Notes: a model not told the origin generated them from the sequence alone. A DNA stretch of 63,797 nucleotides, filler included, from Octopus bimaculoides (GCF_001194135.2; 9 parts of 8 records of this genome joined end to end with filler, not necessarily neighbours in it), one strand, 5' to 3'. Counted from the whole stretch's first letter, positions 35,905 through 48,911 are shown. Program-made: numbers and translations.

Positions 35905-36440
35905 TACAGGCACAAGGCTTGAAACTTTGGGTGGGGTGGGGTCTAGTCGATTACATCCACCCAGTGCGTAACTGGTACTTATTTTATTGACCACGAAAGG
36001 ATAAAAGGCAAAGTTGACCTTGGCAGAATTTTAACTCAGAGCGTAAAACCGGACGTAATACCGCTAAGCATTTTGCACGGCGTGCTAACGTTTCTACCAG
36101 CTTATAATACCCCGGGCAGAGTTGGTTTCGGTAGAATTTGAATTCAGAACGTAAAGACGAAATGCTGCTAAGCATTTTGTTCAGAGCGTTATCTATTCTG
36201 CTAGCTCTCCACAGTTAAGATAATGATTTCTTCTTTAGGTGCAAGACCAGCAAGTTTGAAAGGAATGAATTAGTCGATAACATTGACCCCGGTACTTGAC
36301 TCATGCTGTATTTTATTGACTCGGAAATTATGAAAAGCAAAGTTGATCTCAGCGGGATTTGAACTCAGAACGTAAAGAAATAATAAATAAATAAAGCCCT
36401 GTACTGTCAGGCGCAATAATGTGTCTGCTAACCCACCAAA
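35905..36440 (-). mobile_element. Three tandem SINE B copies/fragments
   Basis: Repeated gcaaagttgacc..atttgaactcagaacgtaaa..gctaagcatttt at about 36010, 36140 and 36340. Confidence 0.85.
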
Positions 36441-36479
36441 CATTTGTTAGCGTATTTAATGACCATATATTCAATTATT

Positions 36480-37260
36480 ATTTTTTAAAAATATACTTTA
36501 ATCCTTTGCCTGTCTGAAGCATTTTCATAGGTTTGTCCAAAACATTCACGTTTGCTTAAAGATCTTTTGCGAGCCCTTGTTTATAATTTCTGAGAAATAC
36601 AAAGTTTTCCTTTCATAAGTCCCAAGATCTCTAGTGATTGAAACAATAGGAATGTGTACCATATATGATCCATGGACACCAGAAAATATGTCCTGCATAT
36701 CACAGGACAGGCATAGATTAAAACTATTCAATAATTTATCATTTAAGACACGTCTAGGTTTTTAATTATTTAGACAGATTTCGAATCAGACTTCCTTATA
36801 ACGATTTTCGTATATACAGCACAATCATTTTTTTTTGTCTTCTATGTTACTCTCATATACTTTGAGACAGTACTTTTCAATTTTATCGTTAAACCAGTCT
36901 ACTTCCCAATCTATCCAGTTTTACTTTTTTTTAAAATTCTATTTAGCACCAAACCTCACAATTTCCCAGGAAATCAGTTTAAAGTTACAACCTACAAAAA
37001 CAGTTATTTCACTTTTCTGAAAATAATCCCTCTTTACAAAACCTTTTATGGAATAAAAAATAATTATTAAATACTTGTTTCAACATCTGTAAATAGTCTA
37101 TTTCGTCCAACATCTATCTGTATACCATTCGTTCATTCCGGTTTTAAGTCTTTATTCTTCCAATTCTTAACAATCAAAATATAGGTCTCTTTACAGTTAA
37201 CATCACATATCAGAATCTGAAAATTCAAATACACAAATATTTTCTTTACTTAATTAAATA
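36480..37260 (-). pseudogene. Heavily decayed CR1/L2-like LINE (APE and RT C-terminal traces)
   Basis: Minus-strand EITVFVGCNFKLISWE resembles the APE GDFN..I.W motif; IPIVSITRDLGT..LYFSEIINK and NL.KCFR..D.SIFLK resemble the CR1 RT C-terminus. Confidence 0.45.
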
Positions 37261-37329
37261 AACTGCGTCTCATTGACCGGTCTCCCAAAAGGAGGAGGAC
37301 ATATTCTAATTTCGCTTTTAAATTTCGGG

Positions 37330-37980
37330 ACCCTCAGCCTAGACTGTGCATGTCGCTCCATTTACCGAGTTGAATCCTGCCCACCGTGTTCTCTTCTCTG
37401 AGGATCCGACTGGGATGACGGCTCGTGTTGGTCAGCCACATGCCTCATAGTCATGGTTTGGCTTCTTGGCTTCTTGGCTTCATGCTCTTGTTTGATGGGG
37501 CTGGGGCCATTCCAAGTTAGTGGTCCCAGAGGCGTCATTATGCGTAGAGCCGACCAGGTCAACCAGTGCTCTCCATCGCCATGTCCGGTAAGTTCACCGT
37601 CATCAGTTCGCCGTTTTCTTCCTCTTTTTTTTTTTTTTTTTTCAATAACTGTCTATTAATGGTGAGACACAATGGATATATTTTCTCGGTAAACTTTCCT
37701 GGCGGTGAACTTTCTTCTTGGTGAATTAATAACGGTGAACTTTCCCTGTTGTGAATTGATGACGGTGAATTTACCTGTAATCCTCCATCGCTGGCGGTCC
37801 CATGCCAGCCCATCAAGGTGACGTCGAGATGGTCAGGGCAGATGAGGAAGTATCTCGCGGAGTTGAGAATTGACTGGGATAGTGCTTGGAGGGTGGATCG
37901 GAACGATTTCAGCAGATACCAGCAAATGGTGGATACAGCGACGCACCGCAACGGCGCATGCCAACCCACACCACAACTGA
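37330..37980 (+). pseudogene. RTE-clade LINE ORF C-terminal remnants (two pieces)
   Basis: HVAPFTELNPAHRVLFSEDPTG..GQPHAS, and WSGQMRKYLAELRIDWDSAWRV..MVDTATHRNGACQPT*; both match RTE C-termini. Confidence 0.75.
37580..37782. mobile_element. MITE with 9-bp TSD (Mutator-like)
   Basis: CTCCATCGC at 37571-37579 and 37783-37791; ends catgtccggtaagttcaccgtcatc vs reverse complement gattacaggtaaattcaccgtcatc; internal ggtgaactt subrepeats. Confidence 0.7.
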
Positions 37981-38069
37981 TCTAAACTGACCCTTTAGGG
38001 CGTGATCAATAGCAATTTGTATTATGAAAGAGCCTTTAATAACACACTTTAAATAACATTTAAATAACA

Positions 38070-38267
38070 TAGGTGCAGGCGTGGCTGTGTAATAGGAAGC
38101 ATGCTCCTAACCACACGGTTCCAGCTTCAGTCCCACTGCATCATAGCACCTTGGGCAAGTGTTTTCTCTTATAGCCTCGGGCCGACCAAAGCCTTGGGAG
38201 TGGATTTGATAGACGGAAACTGAAAGAAGCCCGTCGCGTGTATATATATATATATATATATATATAT

Positions 38268-38304
<37 letters not shown>

Positions 38305-38349
38305 GGTCTATGTTTGTCCCCATCACCGCTTGACAACCGGTCTTGGTTT
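38070..38349 (+). mobile_element. SINE family A (runs into a gap)
   Basis: ggcgtggctgtgt..ccttgggcaagtg..gacggaaactgaaagaagcccgtcg, (TA)n(TG)n, caccgcttgacaaccgg. Confidence 0.9.
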
Positions 38350-38879
38350 NNNNNNNNNNNNNNNNNNNNNNNNNNNNNNNNNNNNNNNNNNNNNNNNNNN
38401 NNNNNNNNNNNNNNNNNNNNNNNNNNNNNNNNNNNNNNNNNNNNNNNNNNNNNNNNNNNNNNNNNNNNNNNNNNNNNNNNNNNNNNNNNNNNNNNNNNNN
38501 NNNNNNNNNNNNNNNNNNNNNNNNNNNNNNNNNNNNNNNNNNNNNNNNNNNNNNNNNNNNNNNNNNNNNNNNNNNNNNNNNNNNNNNNNNNNNNNNNNNN
38601 NNNNNNNNNNNNNNNNNNNNNNNNNNNNNNNNNNNNNNNNNNNNNNNNNNNNNNNNNNNNNNNNNNNNNNNNAAAAAAAAAAAAAAAAAAAAAACTGAGA
38701 ACGATGTTGCTTTAAGCGTAAACAGAAAAAAAAATTAATGAGAAAATATGAAGCATCAAGGAAAAAAATTGCCCTTCAAGAATTTGAATAAACAAATAAA
38801 TCAGTTTTTATCTCTCTACTTTAATCTTTGTTTCAGCGGTGTCTTAATAACATATTTAAATGTAAAGTAGTTCCCTCTA

Positions 38880-39758
38880 TACGTAGTCTGATCAATAAGT
38901 ATCAGAACTGTTGCAATATTAACGAAGCTAACGCACACTGAGTGAAGCCGCTTAGCACAGATTGACCTTGAACTCTGTTCTGCATGCGTACTAAGTTTTA
39001 ACGTTCTAGCTCACTTTCGCTGTTTACAGCTGTGCTTGAAAGGAAAGTGTGTAACGTGTGGTCGTCGCATTAACTATGACAGAAAAAGTTAAGTAGAGAA
39101 TCTGCAGCAAATTTTTACCAAAAGTTTGGCGATACCTGCTCAAAGGCCTACGCAAAAATTTCAAAAAGTTTTCATCGTTCTCAACACAGTCAAATCTTGT
39201 GCAACTGAAACCCGAGTGTCTTTTTGGTCAGCTGAAAGCAGTTTTGACACAAACTTGGCAGACTCGTGTCTCGTACCCAAATCTTCGGTGATAATGGACT
39301 GAACTGAACTGTAACTAATCTGCACATCCTCTGAAAACTCACGGATAGTGATTCGACAATTTCCTCTCACAACTGCATGCACATCTGCGATGTTTTTTCT
39401 CAGGTCTGCTAGATGTGGGTCTCCCAGAACATTCGTCAATATCGACATTTTTTCAGCCATCTTGGAAACGTCTGAACTTGTCGTTCACTTGTCTGCGACT
39501 CATACACTCCTCGCCATACATTTTCTGTAACGTTTTTGAGTAGGTATTGCCATGACAACTTTCTGTCATAGTCAATGCACATGCTACACACTTTCTTTCC
39601 AAGCACTGCTGTAAACAGCGGAAGTGGGCTAGAATGTTAAAACTTAGTGAGCATGCACAGCAGAGTTCAATGTCAATCTTTGCCAAATGGCTTTATTCTG
39701 TGTGCTTTAGCTTCGTTACTATAGCAACAGTCCGGATACTTATTGATCAGACCTCGTA
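38880..39758. mobile_element. Fold-back mariner made of two inverted 5' ends
   Basis: TA-cgtagtctgatcaataagtatc / reverse complement TA-cgaggtctgatcaataagtatc; minus-strand remnants KTLQKMYGEECMSRRQVNDKFRRFQDG and RITIREFSEDVQISYSSVQSIITEDLG..SAKFVSKLLS (mariner HTH region). Confidence 0.9.
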
Positions 39759-40439
39759 TATATACATGTAATTGCGCTATATATATATGTGTGTGTGTGA
39801 AGAAAGAATGATTGATAGATGGATATATATATATATATATATATATANNNNNNNNNNNNNNNNNNNNNNNNNNNNNNNNNNNNNNNNNNNNTTAATTAAT
39901 TAANNNNNNNNNNNNNNNNNNNNNNNNNNNNNNNNNNNNNNNNNNNNACACAGAAAGAGGAAGAGAGTGACTATAATGCGCATGTGATAAGGAGAAATTG
40001 AATGAATGAGACGAGGCGGCGAAGGTGAGCTGTGTATGTTTGCTAAAGAGAAGAGCATGCGTATGTGTGTGTGTGTGTGTGTGTGTGTCTGTGTATTTAT
40101 TGTCTGCAACAGTTTTAGCCTCTCGCCACTCATTTAGTTCCCCTGCCCGAACAATATGGAAGAAGCAAAAGGCAAGACCTGCGTTTGACCTCACGACCCT
40201 GCCAGAATTACGCTAGCTTATGAAGAGGTCAAAGGAAATCCAAAGAAAGAGAGAGAGCAACATGTAAAGGTTAAAAACCGTTCATTTTTCTGGGCGCAAA
40301 ATAACCACCATCGTTAAAATGCGAGTAAAAAAGGTGAAGAATAAAAAGTCTAAACTAAAAACCGCTTGCAAGATGGCGGGTAAATATCGTCTGCTTTTTG
40401 GTTAAAACTTACCCCACTGATAAAACGTTTATTAAGTTA

Positions 40440-40900
40440 TGTATAATAATGATACCGTTGATAACGATAATAATGTATGATAATGTAAATAAGGTGATAT
40501 AGTGGTATAAAAGTATAGATTATTAGGAAATATTATATGATGAGGGTAGAGATAAATAATTGTAATAATAGTAATGGATGGTTAGTTAAAGATTGTGAAA
40601 TAGTGTTAGAAACAGTTATATAATGTTACATTATATAAATCACGATGATTGTGATGAATATATTAATAATTATGAAGTATAAAAATAAAGATAATATTAA
40701 ATAGTTATATGTATAAGCATTTATGTTTGTGTATAACAAAATTTTCAAGAATAATTGCTATAATAATAATGATAATAATAATAATAATAAGAAGAAGAAG
40801 AATAGTAATAATAATAACAATAATGATAATAACAACAACATCTATGATTATAATAATAAAATTAATGATGATGATAATAATGTGAAATATTGTTATAAAA
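40440..40900. repeat. Degenerate (AAT)n-rich low-complexity tract
   Basis: Direct reading. Confidence 0.85.
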
Positions 40901-41146
40901 TGGTGTATGTTGTTGAATTTTATATAATAATGTTTATGACAAAAAGCATCATAGCAGTAAGAATGTATGATGATATCGAACAGATGTATAAAACCAGTTT
41001 TTAAATAAATTATATATATATATATAATCATCTACCTGTGTAAAAACAAACCAGTATCTAGGTATGATTGCATGCGATATAGAGAGGGAAAGAAGTGGGT
41101 ATATATCAATAGTGTTCAAGCAAACAAATTTTATTAAAAGTATATA

Positions 41147-41181
<35 letters not shown>

Positions 41182-41224
41182 TATATGACGCACATACAAA
41201 CACAGAGGCAATAGATGTATATAA

Positions 41225-41340
41225 TCGTTTCTACTATAGGGACAAGGCCTGAAATTTAGTGGAGGGGGGGGGCAAGTCAATCACATCGACCTCAGTACTT
41301 AACTGGTACTTAATTCATTGACACCTCGAAAGGATGAAAG
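41225..41340 (-). mobile_element. SINE B 3' part
   Basis: aggcctgaaattt..acatcgacctcagtacttaactggtacttaattcattgac..aaggatgaaag. Confidence 0.8.
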
Positions 41341-41459
41341 NNNNNNNNNNNNNNNNNNNNNNNNNNNNNNNNNNNNNNNNNNNNNNNNNNNNNNNNNNNN
41401 NNNNNNNNNNNNNNNNNNNNNNNNNNNNNNNNACACACACACACACACACACACACAAA

Positions 41460-41690
41460 GGCGGCGAGCTGGCAGAAACGTTAGCACGCCGGGCGAAATG
41501 CTTAACGGTATTTCGTCTGCCGCTACGTTCTGAGTTCAAATTCCGCCGAGGTCGACTTTGCCTTTCATCCTTTCGGGGTCGATTAAATAAGTACCAGTTA
41601 CGCACTGGGGTCGGTATTATCGACTTAATCCGTTTGTCTGTCCTTGTTTGTCCCCTCTGTGTGTAGCCCCTTGTGGGTAGTAAAGAAATA
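41460..41690 (+). mobile_element. SINE family B, best-preserved copy
   Basis: ggcggcgagctggcagaaacgttagcacgccgggcg..gagttcaaattccgccgaggtcgactttgcctttcatcctttcggggtcgattaaataagtacc; the centre resembles the MetaSINE domain (from memory). Confidence 0.9.
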
Positions 41691-42254
41691 ACACACACGA
41701 TCGCAAAAGAAAAAAAAATGAAGGATAAATACAGAAACAAACATAATTCTCAAATACATAGATGGATGGATGGATGGATGGATGGATAGATTTACTGGGA
41801 GACAGACACGCTCGCGGATGGATGGATGGATGGAATGACGGACGAACAGATAGAGAGACAGAGAGATAGATAAATTTATAGAAAGAAAGATGAATTGATT
41901 GATTGACTGATTGACTGACTGATTGATTGATTGAGTGATTGACGAGATCGATAAATTAATAAGCTAACGGATAGACAGATATCTGGACATACAAACAGAT
42001 AGGTAGAAACACACACACACACATACACACTTACATACATGAGACAGCCGGACAGACATAGCTCAGCGTATTTAACACAATCTGTAATATGATTTAAGGT
42101 ACGAAATCTATCGATGCGCCTACGATCGATGTTTACTAACACACACACATACGTGCGCGCACGCACGTATATTTTATACATTACATACATGCATGCGTTT
42201 ATGGAAACGGACACAAACGCATGCATATGTCTGTGTTATATTGTATATATATAT

Positions 42255-42438
42255 GTGAATGGTGGCAGCTGATGAAGGAAATGTTCTCTATGTGGCCTGC
42301 GTGTTTTCTGTACTCCGTTTATCATTTTGTTCACGTTTTTTTGCTACGTCCTGTACCCAGATATGCATCTATATATACATGTAGATGTAGGTATGCACAT
42401 ACATGTACGTATATATGCATATACTCATATATTCTTTG

Positions 42439-42445
<7 letters not shown>
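42255..42445 (+). mobile_element. Family F element, 3' part, between (TA)n tracts
   Basis: cagctgatgaagg..acgtcctgtaccc.gatatgcat..catgtagatgtag.tatg..atattctttgtatta, shared with 61985-62215. Confidence 0.75.
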
Positions 42446-42516
<71 letters not shown>

Positions 42517-43129
42517 AACGAACACTGCAGAATTCCTGACATAGATCCAGTGACAATTATATCGTAACTGTGGGTGACATCAGGTAGCCTAAACGGTGAA
42601 AGTGCTTTCTTTAATCCGCGTACTACTAAGCATATATACCCAAAGTCCACACACACACATATATACAATATGCATACATATTATGTATGTACGCCAGGTG
42701 CCGGGCAGTGAGAAAGAACCCGAAACCATGTGGGGTTTTTTCTTCAGAAATTCCACTAACAACGCGTATATTTCTAAGCAGGTGCTTCTCAGTGCGCCAT
42801 ACAGCTACTTCCCCGAAAATGCTCCCAATATTCTGATTTGTAGTTTTTAAGAAAAGAGTTCTGTGTGTACTCTCCTGCTGAATATGAATGTCTCGTTATG
42901 AGCAGGAATCTATGCAGTACAGTCAGAAGCCAGCATCATACTCTAGTCGTTCTCCTCTTGTTGAACTGTGCAATTTGGTCCATAAAAACGAATGTCAAAC
43001 AGGAGCAGCTTGGAGTATGTGTCAGTCTCTGTGAACGATGTATCATCATTCTTCTTCTTCTTTGGTCAAGCCCTCATCAGCTTTTTCAGAGCGGTCTTAT
43101 GCTTCCGTTTCCCAGGAATCAAGGTTGAT

Positions 43130-43440
43130 CTCAAAGCTTTTTGCTCGACATTACTAGCTCGCAGACCGTGTTCAAATCCATTGTCGGCATTTCTTTACGA
43201 AACATATCTTTCTTATTTGCTTCAGTTAACCTCTAGCTTCTATGAGGAGTTGTAACTGAAATGCATTTCAGAACGCTGCGACTGGAATCACCGAGCTCCG
43301 TTAGCTTCAGTTGATCCTCAGTTTCAAACTGTGTCTTTACCAATAATGTCAAGGTAGCCGTGGAGTCTTCATCGTCTTTTAGAGTGCAGAAGTTTCCAAA
43401 ATATACAATAGAAACCAACTTGGTCTGGTGTTCAACGCAA
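43130..43440 (-). pseudogene. Possible decayed Ty3/gypsy gag-like remnant
   Basis: KDDED..LTLLVKTQFETEDQLK and FRKEMPTMDLNTVCELVMSSK loosely resemble gag Q..GE..L..LVKTC.F..D.IRD and LL.E..LTL.KA...C; stops present. Confidence 0.3.
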
Positions 43441-44423
43441 TCTTAGTGGTCAACAAAACGTATCTGCATTGCCGGGCCTTAACTCACCAGAATAAATGTC
43501 TGACCGCCTGCAGATATTTATTGCAAATTCACTACGTAACTCCGAGCTTCCTGAAACAGCTGTTGAGTTAAGAAATTATGTATTTTCTTCTTAGTATTCT
43601 TTTATTTTTATGCTCTATGTAAATATATTTGTGTGCGTGAAGCCTGATTGTGTTTATCTCCATTACTACCACTCTATCTCACTCTCTCTTTATGTGTGTG
43701 TGTGTGTGTGTATGGCTATGCTATCCGTCAGCCTGAAGATCTGAGAGACCATCAGATATGTTTTGCAGTATCTTATAGATGTTGCACTTGCCTGTACGAT
43801 GTTACAAGGCAATAAGATTTCTTTTTAAGAAACAATTCTAGCGATACCGTATACTAACCAATTCGTTTGTTTTTAATGTCATTTCGCGCCATGCTGGAGT
43901 CCTTTTTGACTTTGGAAACTCTTGGATTACCAAACACCAATGGACTTCCTGGATTGTTTACCTTATGAATTGTGTTTTGCCATACAGCTATTAATGTGAT
44001 GTGTATCATTTTGATACGCTCCGATGTTAATTAATCCTTTATGATATAAATATGTATATAAATATATATGTATGTATGTGTTTCTGTGCATGTATGTATA
44101 TATCTATGTACATGTGTGTGTGTGTTTGTGTGTAGTACGAAAAGATGAAATGATCAGGCTTTAATCCCAATCACAACAATTGTTTCTTTGCATTTAGCTA
44201 CAGCTGTTATTTGTTGAGTGTTTCATATTATACATATCATTTTATATTTTGTGTGTGTGTGAGAGAGAGAGAGATAGATAGAGAGAGAAATCATGATGAA
44301 TATAACTATATGTCAATTTTCCCTACGTACGTTTCACCATTACATCCTCTGCATAGTATGTTCCAAGTGCAATTTGGATGCTGAACAAGAAGTATTTGGT
44401 GTCTGCAACAAAATGCAAAATAG

Positions 44424-44501
44424 TTTTCCCATGCTGATCTGTTGTGCTTCAGTCCAATGCAGACGATACAAACAACCACAACGGTGAAATGTATGTAGGG
44501 A
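44424..44501 (+). ncRNA. Decayed type I hammerhead motif with an inverted partial copy at 44317-44353
   Basis: ttttccc-ATGCTGA-t-ctgttgtg..cacaacgg-t-GAAAT-gtat-GTA-ggga; the inverted copy reads ggt-GAAAC-gtac-GTA-gggaaaa. Confidence 0.6.
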
Positions 44502-44746
44502 TCACGATATAAATTTGTGTTTATCATAATTTCTCCTACATTTGTTCTGTATATTATAACCAGTAATACTACTAAGTATGATCGGAGCTTAACCATTACA
44601 ATGGCAGGAGATGATGATAGCCAACATGGAGCTCTAAGCTTAAAAAGAGCAACCATAATCTAATTATAAACACAATATATACACATATTCACTGAATTCA
44701 ACACGTTTTTTTTTTTTTCATTCTCTTTCTATAATTTCCTCTTACT

Positions 44747-44784
44747 TCTTTCTGTCGAAGAGCGTAGGCTCGAAACATAAAAGA
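44747..44784 (+). ncRNA. Variant minimal hammerhead motif within a ~200-bp element (about 44690-44870)
   Basis: tcttt-CTGTCGA-a-GAGC-gtag-GCTC-GAAAC-ATA-aaaga; perfect 5-bp stem I and 4-bp stem II. Confidence 0.6.
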
Positions 44785-45369
44785 CTTTTTCATTTTTCCC
44801 GAGCGTCAAACTAATACACTTGTTGTTCTTACACCCGTTTTTGTCAGTCGTTTTTATGAGTTACATACATACAAACATACATACATACATACATGTCTAT
44901 GTGTGTGCGTGTATGTGTGTTTATTATTAAAAGTATCCCAACTGATCAATGTAACCTATTCATCGCAATAGAAAGTGTAACTGGGTGAGTAAATGTGTGT
45001 GACCTATGTATTAAGCTCACGTCAATTAGACGGAGGTTCGATTCCCAGACCAGACCGGATGTATGCGTTTTATTTTTTAAAATTAAGCAAGGCACTTCGT
45101 TTCACGTTACTTCACTCATATTATTGAAGATGAATATCAACGGGGAATGTCAGGGTGTGGGATTAATTCTGCGACAGATTGTGGCCCCATTCAAGACAGG
45201 GGACGAGGTTCGTATACTCAATCTAAAAAATCCGGTCAAGTTCTGACCTAATGAGTCAATAAACTCGAAGCAGACATGTTTTACAACAAGAGGTCGAGTA
45301 TTCCACGGACATCTAACATAAATTCAAAATCATTCCATCACAACACTGGACTTATTTTAATTACGGATT

Positions 45370-45625
45370 GATGCGTGAAAGCGCGTGGCTTTAGTGGCTT
45401 TCAGATTATGATCGTAAGGTTGTGAGTTCGAATTTTGGAGGCGCGTTGAGTCCTTAAGCAAGACACTTTATTTCACATTACATCAGTCCACTCGGCCTGC
45501 AAAAATGAATTGTATTATCTGCCTTGTCGCATTTTGCGTCATATCACACCTCCCTCAGAACCACTTTAAGGGTACGTAGATGGAATCAACTGGAACCCTT
45601 GTCGTCGTAACCGATGGAGTACCAG
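45370..45625 (+). mobile_element. SINE family D, internally deleted
   Basis: gtgagttcgaatttt..ccttaagcaagacactttatttcac..ttaagggtacg..atcaactggaacccttgtcgtcgtaaccgatggagtacca. Confidence 0.8.
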
Positions 45626-45751
45626 TCACGGGAAGATGCCCATCCAAATGGCTTCCGCACAGTTTCCATCCACCTGCAGAATTTCATTCCCAGAAGGTGT
45701 GTCGAATCAACTATACACACATTCGTGTATTATGATGGGATCTTTCTTTTA

Positions 45752-46145
45752 ACTTTTGTTTGTATCAGTCATTAGACTGCGGCCATGCTGGAGCACCGCT
45801 TTAGAGGGTTTTTAATCAAGTAAATCGACCCCAGGACTTATTAATTAGCTCTTTTTTCTAAGTCTCGTACTTATTGTATCGGCCTCATTTGATGACCCCT
45901 GTTACGTGCACATAAACACAATACCGGTTGTCAAGTAGTCGTGGTGGGGGGGGGGACAAACTGACATACACACATGCACACACACACACACGGAACAAAC
46001 ACACGTATATGACGGGCTTCATTCAGTTTCCGTCTATCAAATCCACTGGTATGGTGTTGGTCAATCCGTGGCTATACAAGAAGACACTTGCCCAATGTGC
46101 CACGCAGTCGGACTGAAACCGGAACCATGTGCTTCTTACCACGCA
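45752..46145 (-). mobile_element. SINE family A, full length
   Basis: gactgcggccatgctggagcaccgc..gacgggcttcattcagtttccgtc..gacacttgcccaatgtgccacgcag. Confidence 0.9.
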
Positions 46146-46194
46146 GCGACAAAAAATTGTACACAGTTTAATAGTACAGTGCGTTTAAGTACGG

Positions 46195-46339
46195 TGTGAC
46201 ACACACACATGCAGACAGACATGCATATACACACAATATATGCATATACACGTGCATATACACACATATACACATACATATGTATACATATATATATACA
46301 TATGTATACATATATATACATATGCATATACATACATAC

Positions 46340-46370
<31 letters not shown>

Positions 46371-46860
46371 CATATATACACACATATATATATATACATA
46401 TATATGCATATGTATATACATATATATGCATATATATATATATGTACATATACATATATATGCATTTATATGCATTTATATATATATATATACATATATA
46501 TATATAGATATAGATATATACACATACATACATATATATATATATATACATACATATACATACATATATACCCATATATATATATCCATATATGTATACA
46601 TACATATATATACACACATATATGTATACATACATATTTACACACATATGTATACATACATATATACATAGATATATATGTATACATACTTATATACATA
46701 CATCATATATGTATACACATATATAGATATATGTATACATATATGTCTATATACATATATATATATATTCACGTATGGATACATAGCTATATATATACAC
46801 ATATATATTTACATATATATACAAATACATATACACACACACCCACAAACGTATGTATGT
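46195..46860. repeat. Degenerate (TA)/(CATA) array
   Basis: Direct reading. Confidence 0.95.
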
Positions 46861-47529
46861 GCTTATACATGAAAGCGTGTGTGTGCGTATCCCTCGTCTG
46901 CAAGTGAATTCTTTGTTTTTATGAACTGTCGTCGACTAAACGATTCCATCATTTTCTTCTTTAATAATTTGTTTTTGCCGTGTTGTTTTATTTTTTATTC
47001 TTTTTCTTTTTCTTCTTCTTATCATTGTTGTTGTTGTTGTTGTTACTGCTGCTGCTACTGCTACAACGACTGCTGCAGTTGTAGTCTGCTGCAGCAGCTT
47101 CGCGATGCAGTCGGTCAAATTAGACCAATATATAATAAGTACTGCCGGTCCCTTTAACAAGACTATGCTGAGATTTAGAAGCGAGAACATTGCTTGCACA
47201 CACGAACGCGCGCTCGCACACACACACACACACAATGCACATACATTCATACACACATGCGTACAGACGCACACATACGCACACACACAGACTCACAAAT
47301 ACACAGATAGACTGGTATGAACGTACACACAGACACACAAACGCATATATACAAGTTCTAACGACCTTGTCTTCGGAAAAGACGTCGTATAGTAATTATG
47401 TGAGTGTGCGCAGGCGCGCGCGCGTGTTTGATTTTTTTTTTGTGTGTGTGTGTGTGTGTTTTGCGATCTATATTTTCGCAACGGTGCATAAATGATGTAT
47501 ACTTAACTCTAGTCCGACACTCAATAAAA

Positions 47530-47539
47530 AGTATGTGTA

Positions 47540-47572
<33 letters not shown>

Positions 47573-47583
47573 TATATGTATAC

Positions 47584-47629
<46 letters not shown>

Positions 47630-47881
47630 ATATATAAATTGTAAATCCAAAAAATAACAACAAAACTACAAAGGATTCCGCAAGTATTACCTCTAAATTT
47701 TAATCTATATATATATATGACGTTGACCACTAACGTGGATATTTAATGTGCTAGAAATAGATCACATCTTGTGTCTAAAAAGACCTAAATTGTTCTCAAC
47801 ATGAAATATAACGTGATACCATATATATACACATACACATATATGTATACATACATATATACATACATATATATATATACA

Positions 47882-47918
<37 letters not shown>

Positions 47919-47986
47919 GTATATATATATAGATATATATATATATATGTATATATATATACATACATATATATATGTATATATAT

Positions 47987-48071
<85 letters not shown>

Positions 48072-48385
48072 CATATACGTACATATTTATATATATATAT
48101 TTATACACACACACATATATACATATATATATATTTATACATACACACACAGATATGTGTGCGTGTATGTGTGCATATATTCATCTGTATGCATTTATGC
48201 ATAAATATGTATGTGTATGTATATATATATATATATGTGTGTGCATATATGTATATATGTATAAATATGTATTATACTCACACACATATATATAGATACA
48301 TATCTATACACACATATATGGCTGAAACCCATAAATAAATATATATACATATGTATATACACACAAATACACACGTATATATATA

Positions 48386-48457
<72 letters not shown>

Positions 48458-48460
48458 ACA
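47530..48460. repeat. Long (TA)n-dominated array
   Basis: Direct reading; abuts the SINE A 5' half at 48465. Confidence 0.95.
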
Positions 48461-48464
48461 CACA

Positions 48465-48618
48465 AGACGGGCTTCTTTCAGTTTCCATCTACCAAATTAA
48501 CTCAAAAGGTTTTGGTTGGCCCGAAGCTAAAGCAGAAGACATTTGCCCAAGGTGCCACGCAGTGGGACTGAACTCGGAACCATGTGGTTGGGAAGCAAGC
48601 ATCTTACAAAACAACCAA
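48465..48618 (-). mobile_element. SINE family A 5' half
   Basis: gacgggcttctttcagtttcc..ttgcccaaggtgccacgcagtgggactgaactcggaaccatgtggttgggaagcaagc. Confidence 0.9.
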
Positions 48619-48911
48619 TTCAAACTTATAATTTTTATGCAGATAAACGTAATTTATTTCTCAATTCCTAAATGTTCGCTGTGATTGTATACTTTCAAGA
48701 AGGCAAACTCTCTTCTCCCCTTAGCAAAATTATTATATAAAACTTATTCTGTATACAATTACTATTATATAAATTATTAAACAATATTAATTTAGCTTCA
48801 CTATTAGTCAAAAAGCATTGACAAAAGACTTACGCGCAGGAATCCTTCTCACAGGAAAAAATAACGGCGTATCATAAAAAAAAAAGTATTAACAGGCGAT
48901 GTACACGTTTA

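Noticed and set aside
37680-37775. Regularly spaced ggtgaactt repeats as CRISPR-like array
   Set aside because: Repeats too short and spacers similar to each other; internal subrepeats of a MITE in a eukaryote
44306-44400. ILCRGCNGETYVGK as a GIY-YIG motif
   Set aside because: The same bases are explained as the inverted hammerhead half; the rest of the ORF lacks GIY-YIG residues
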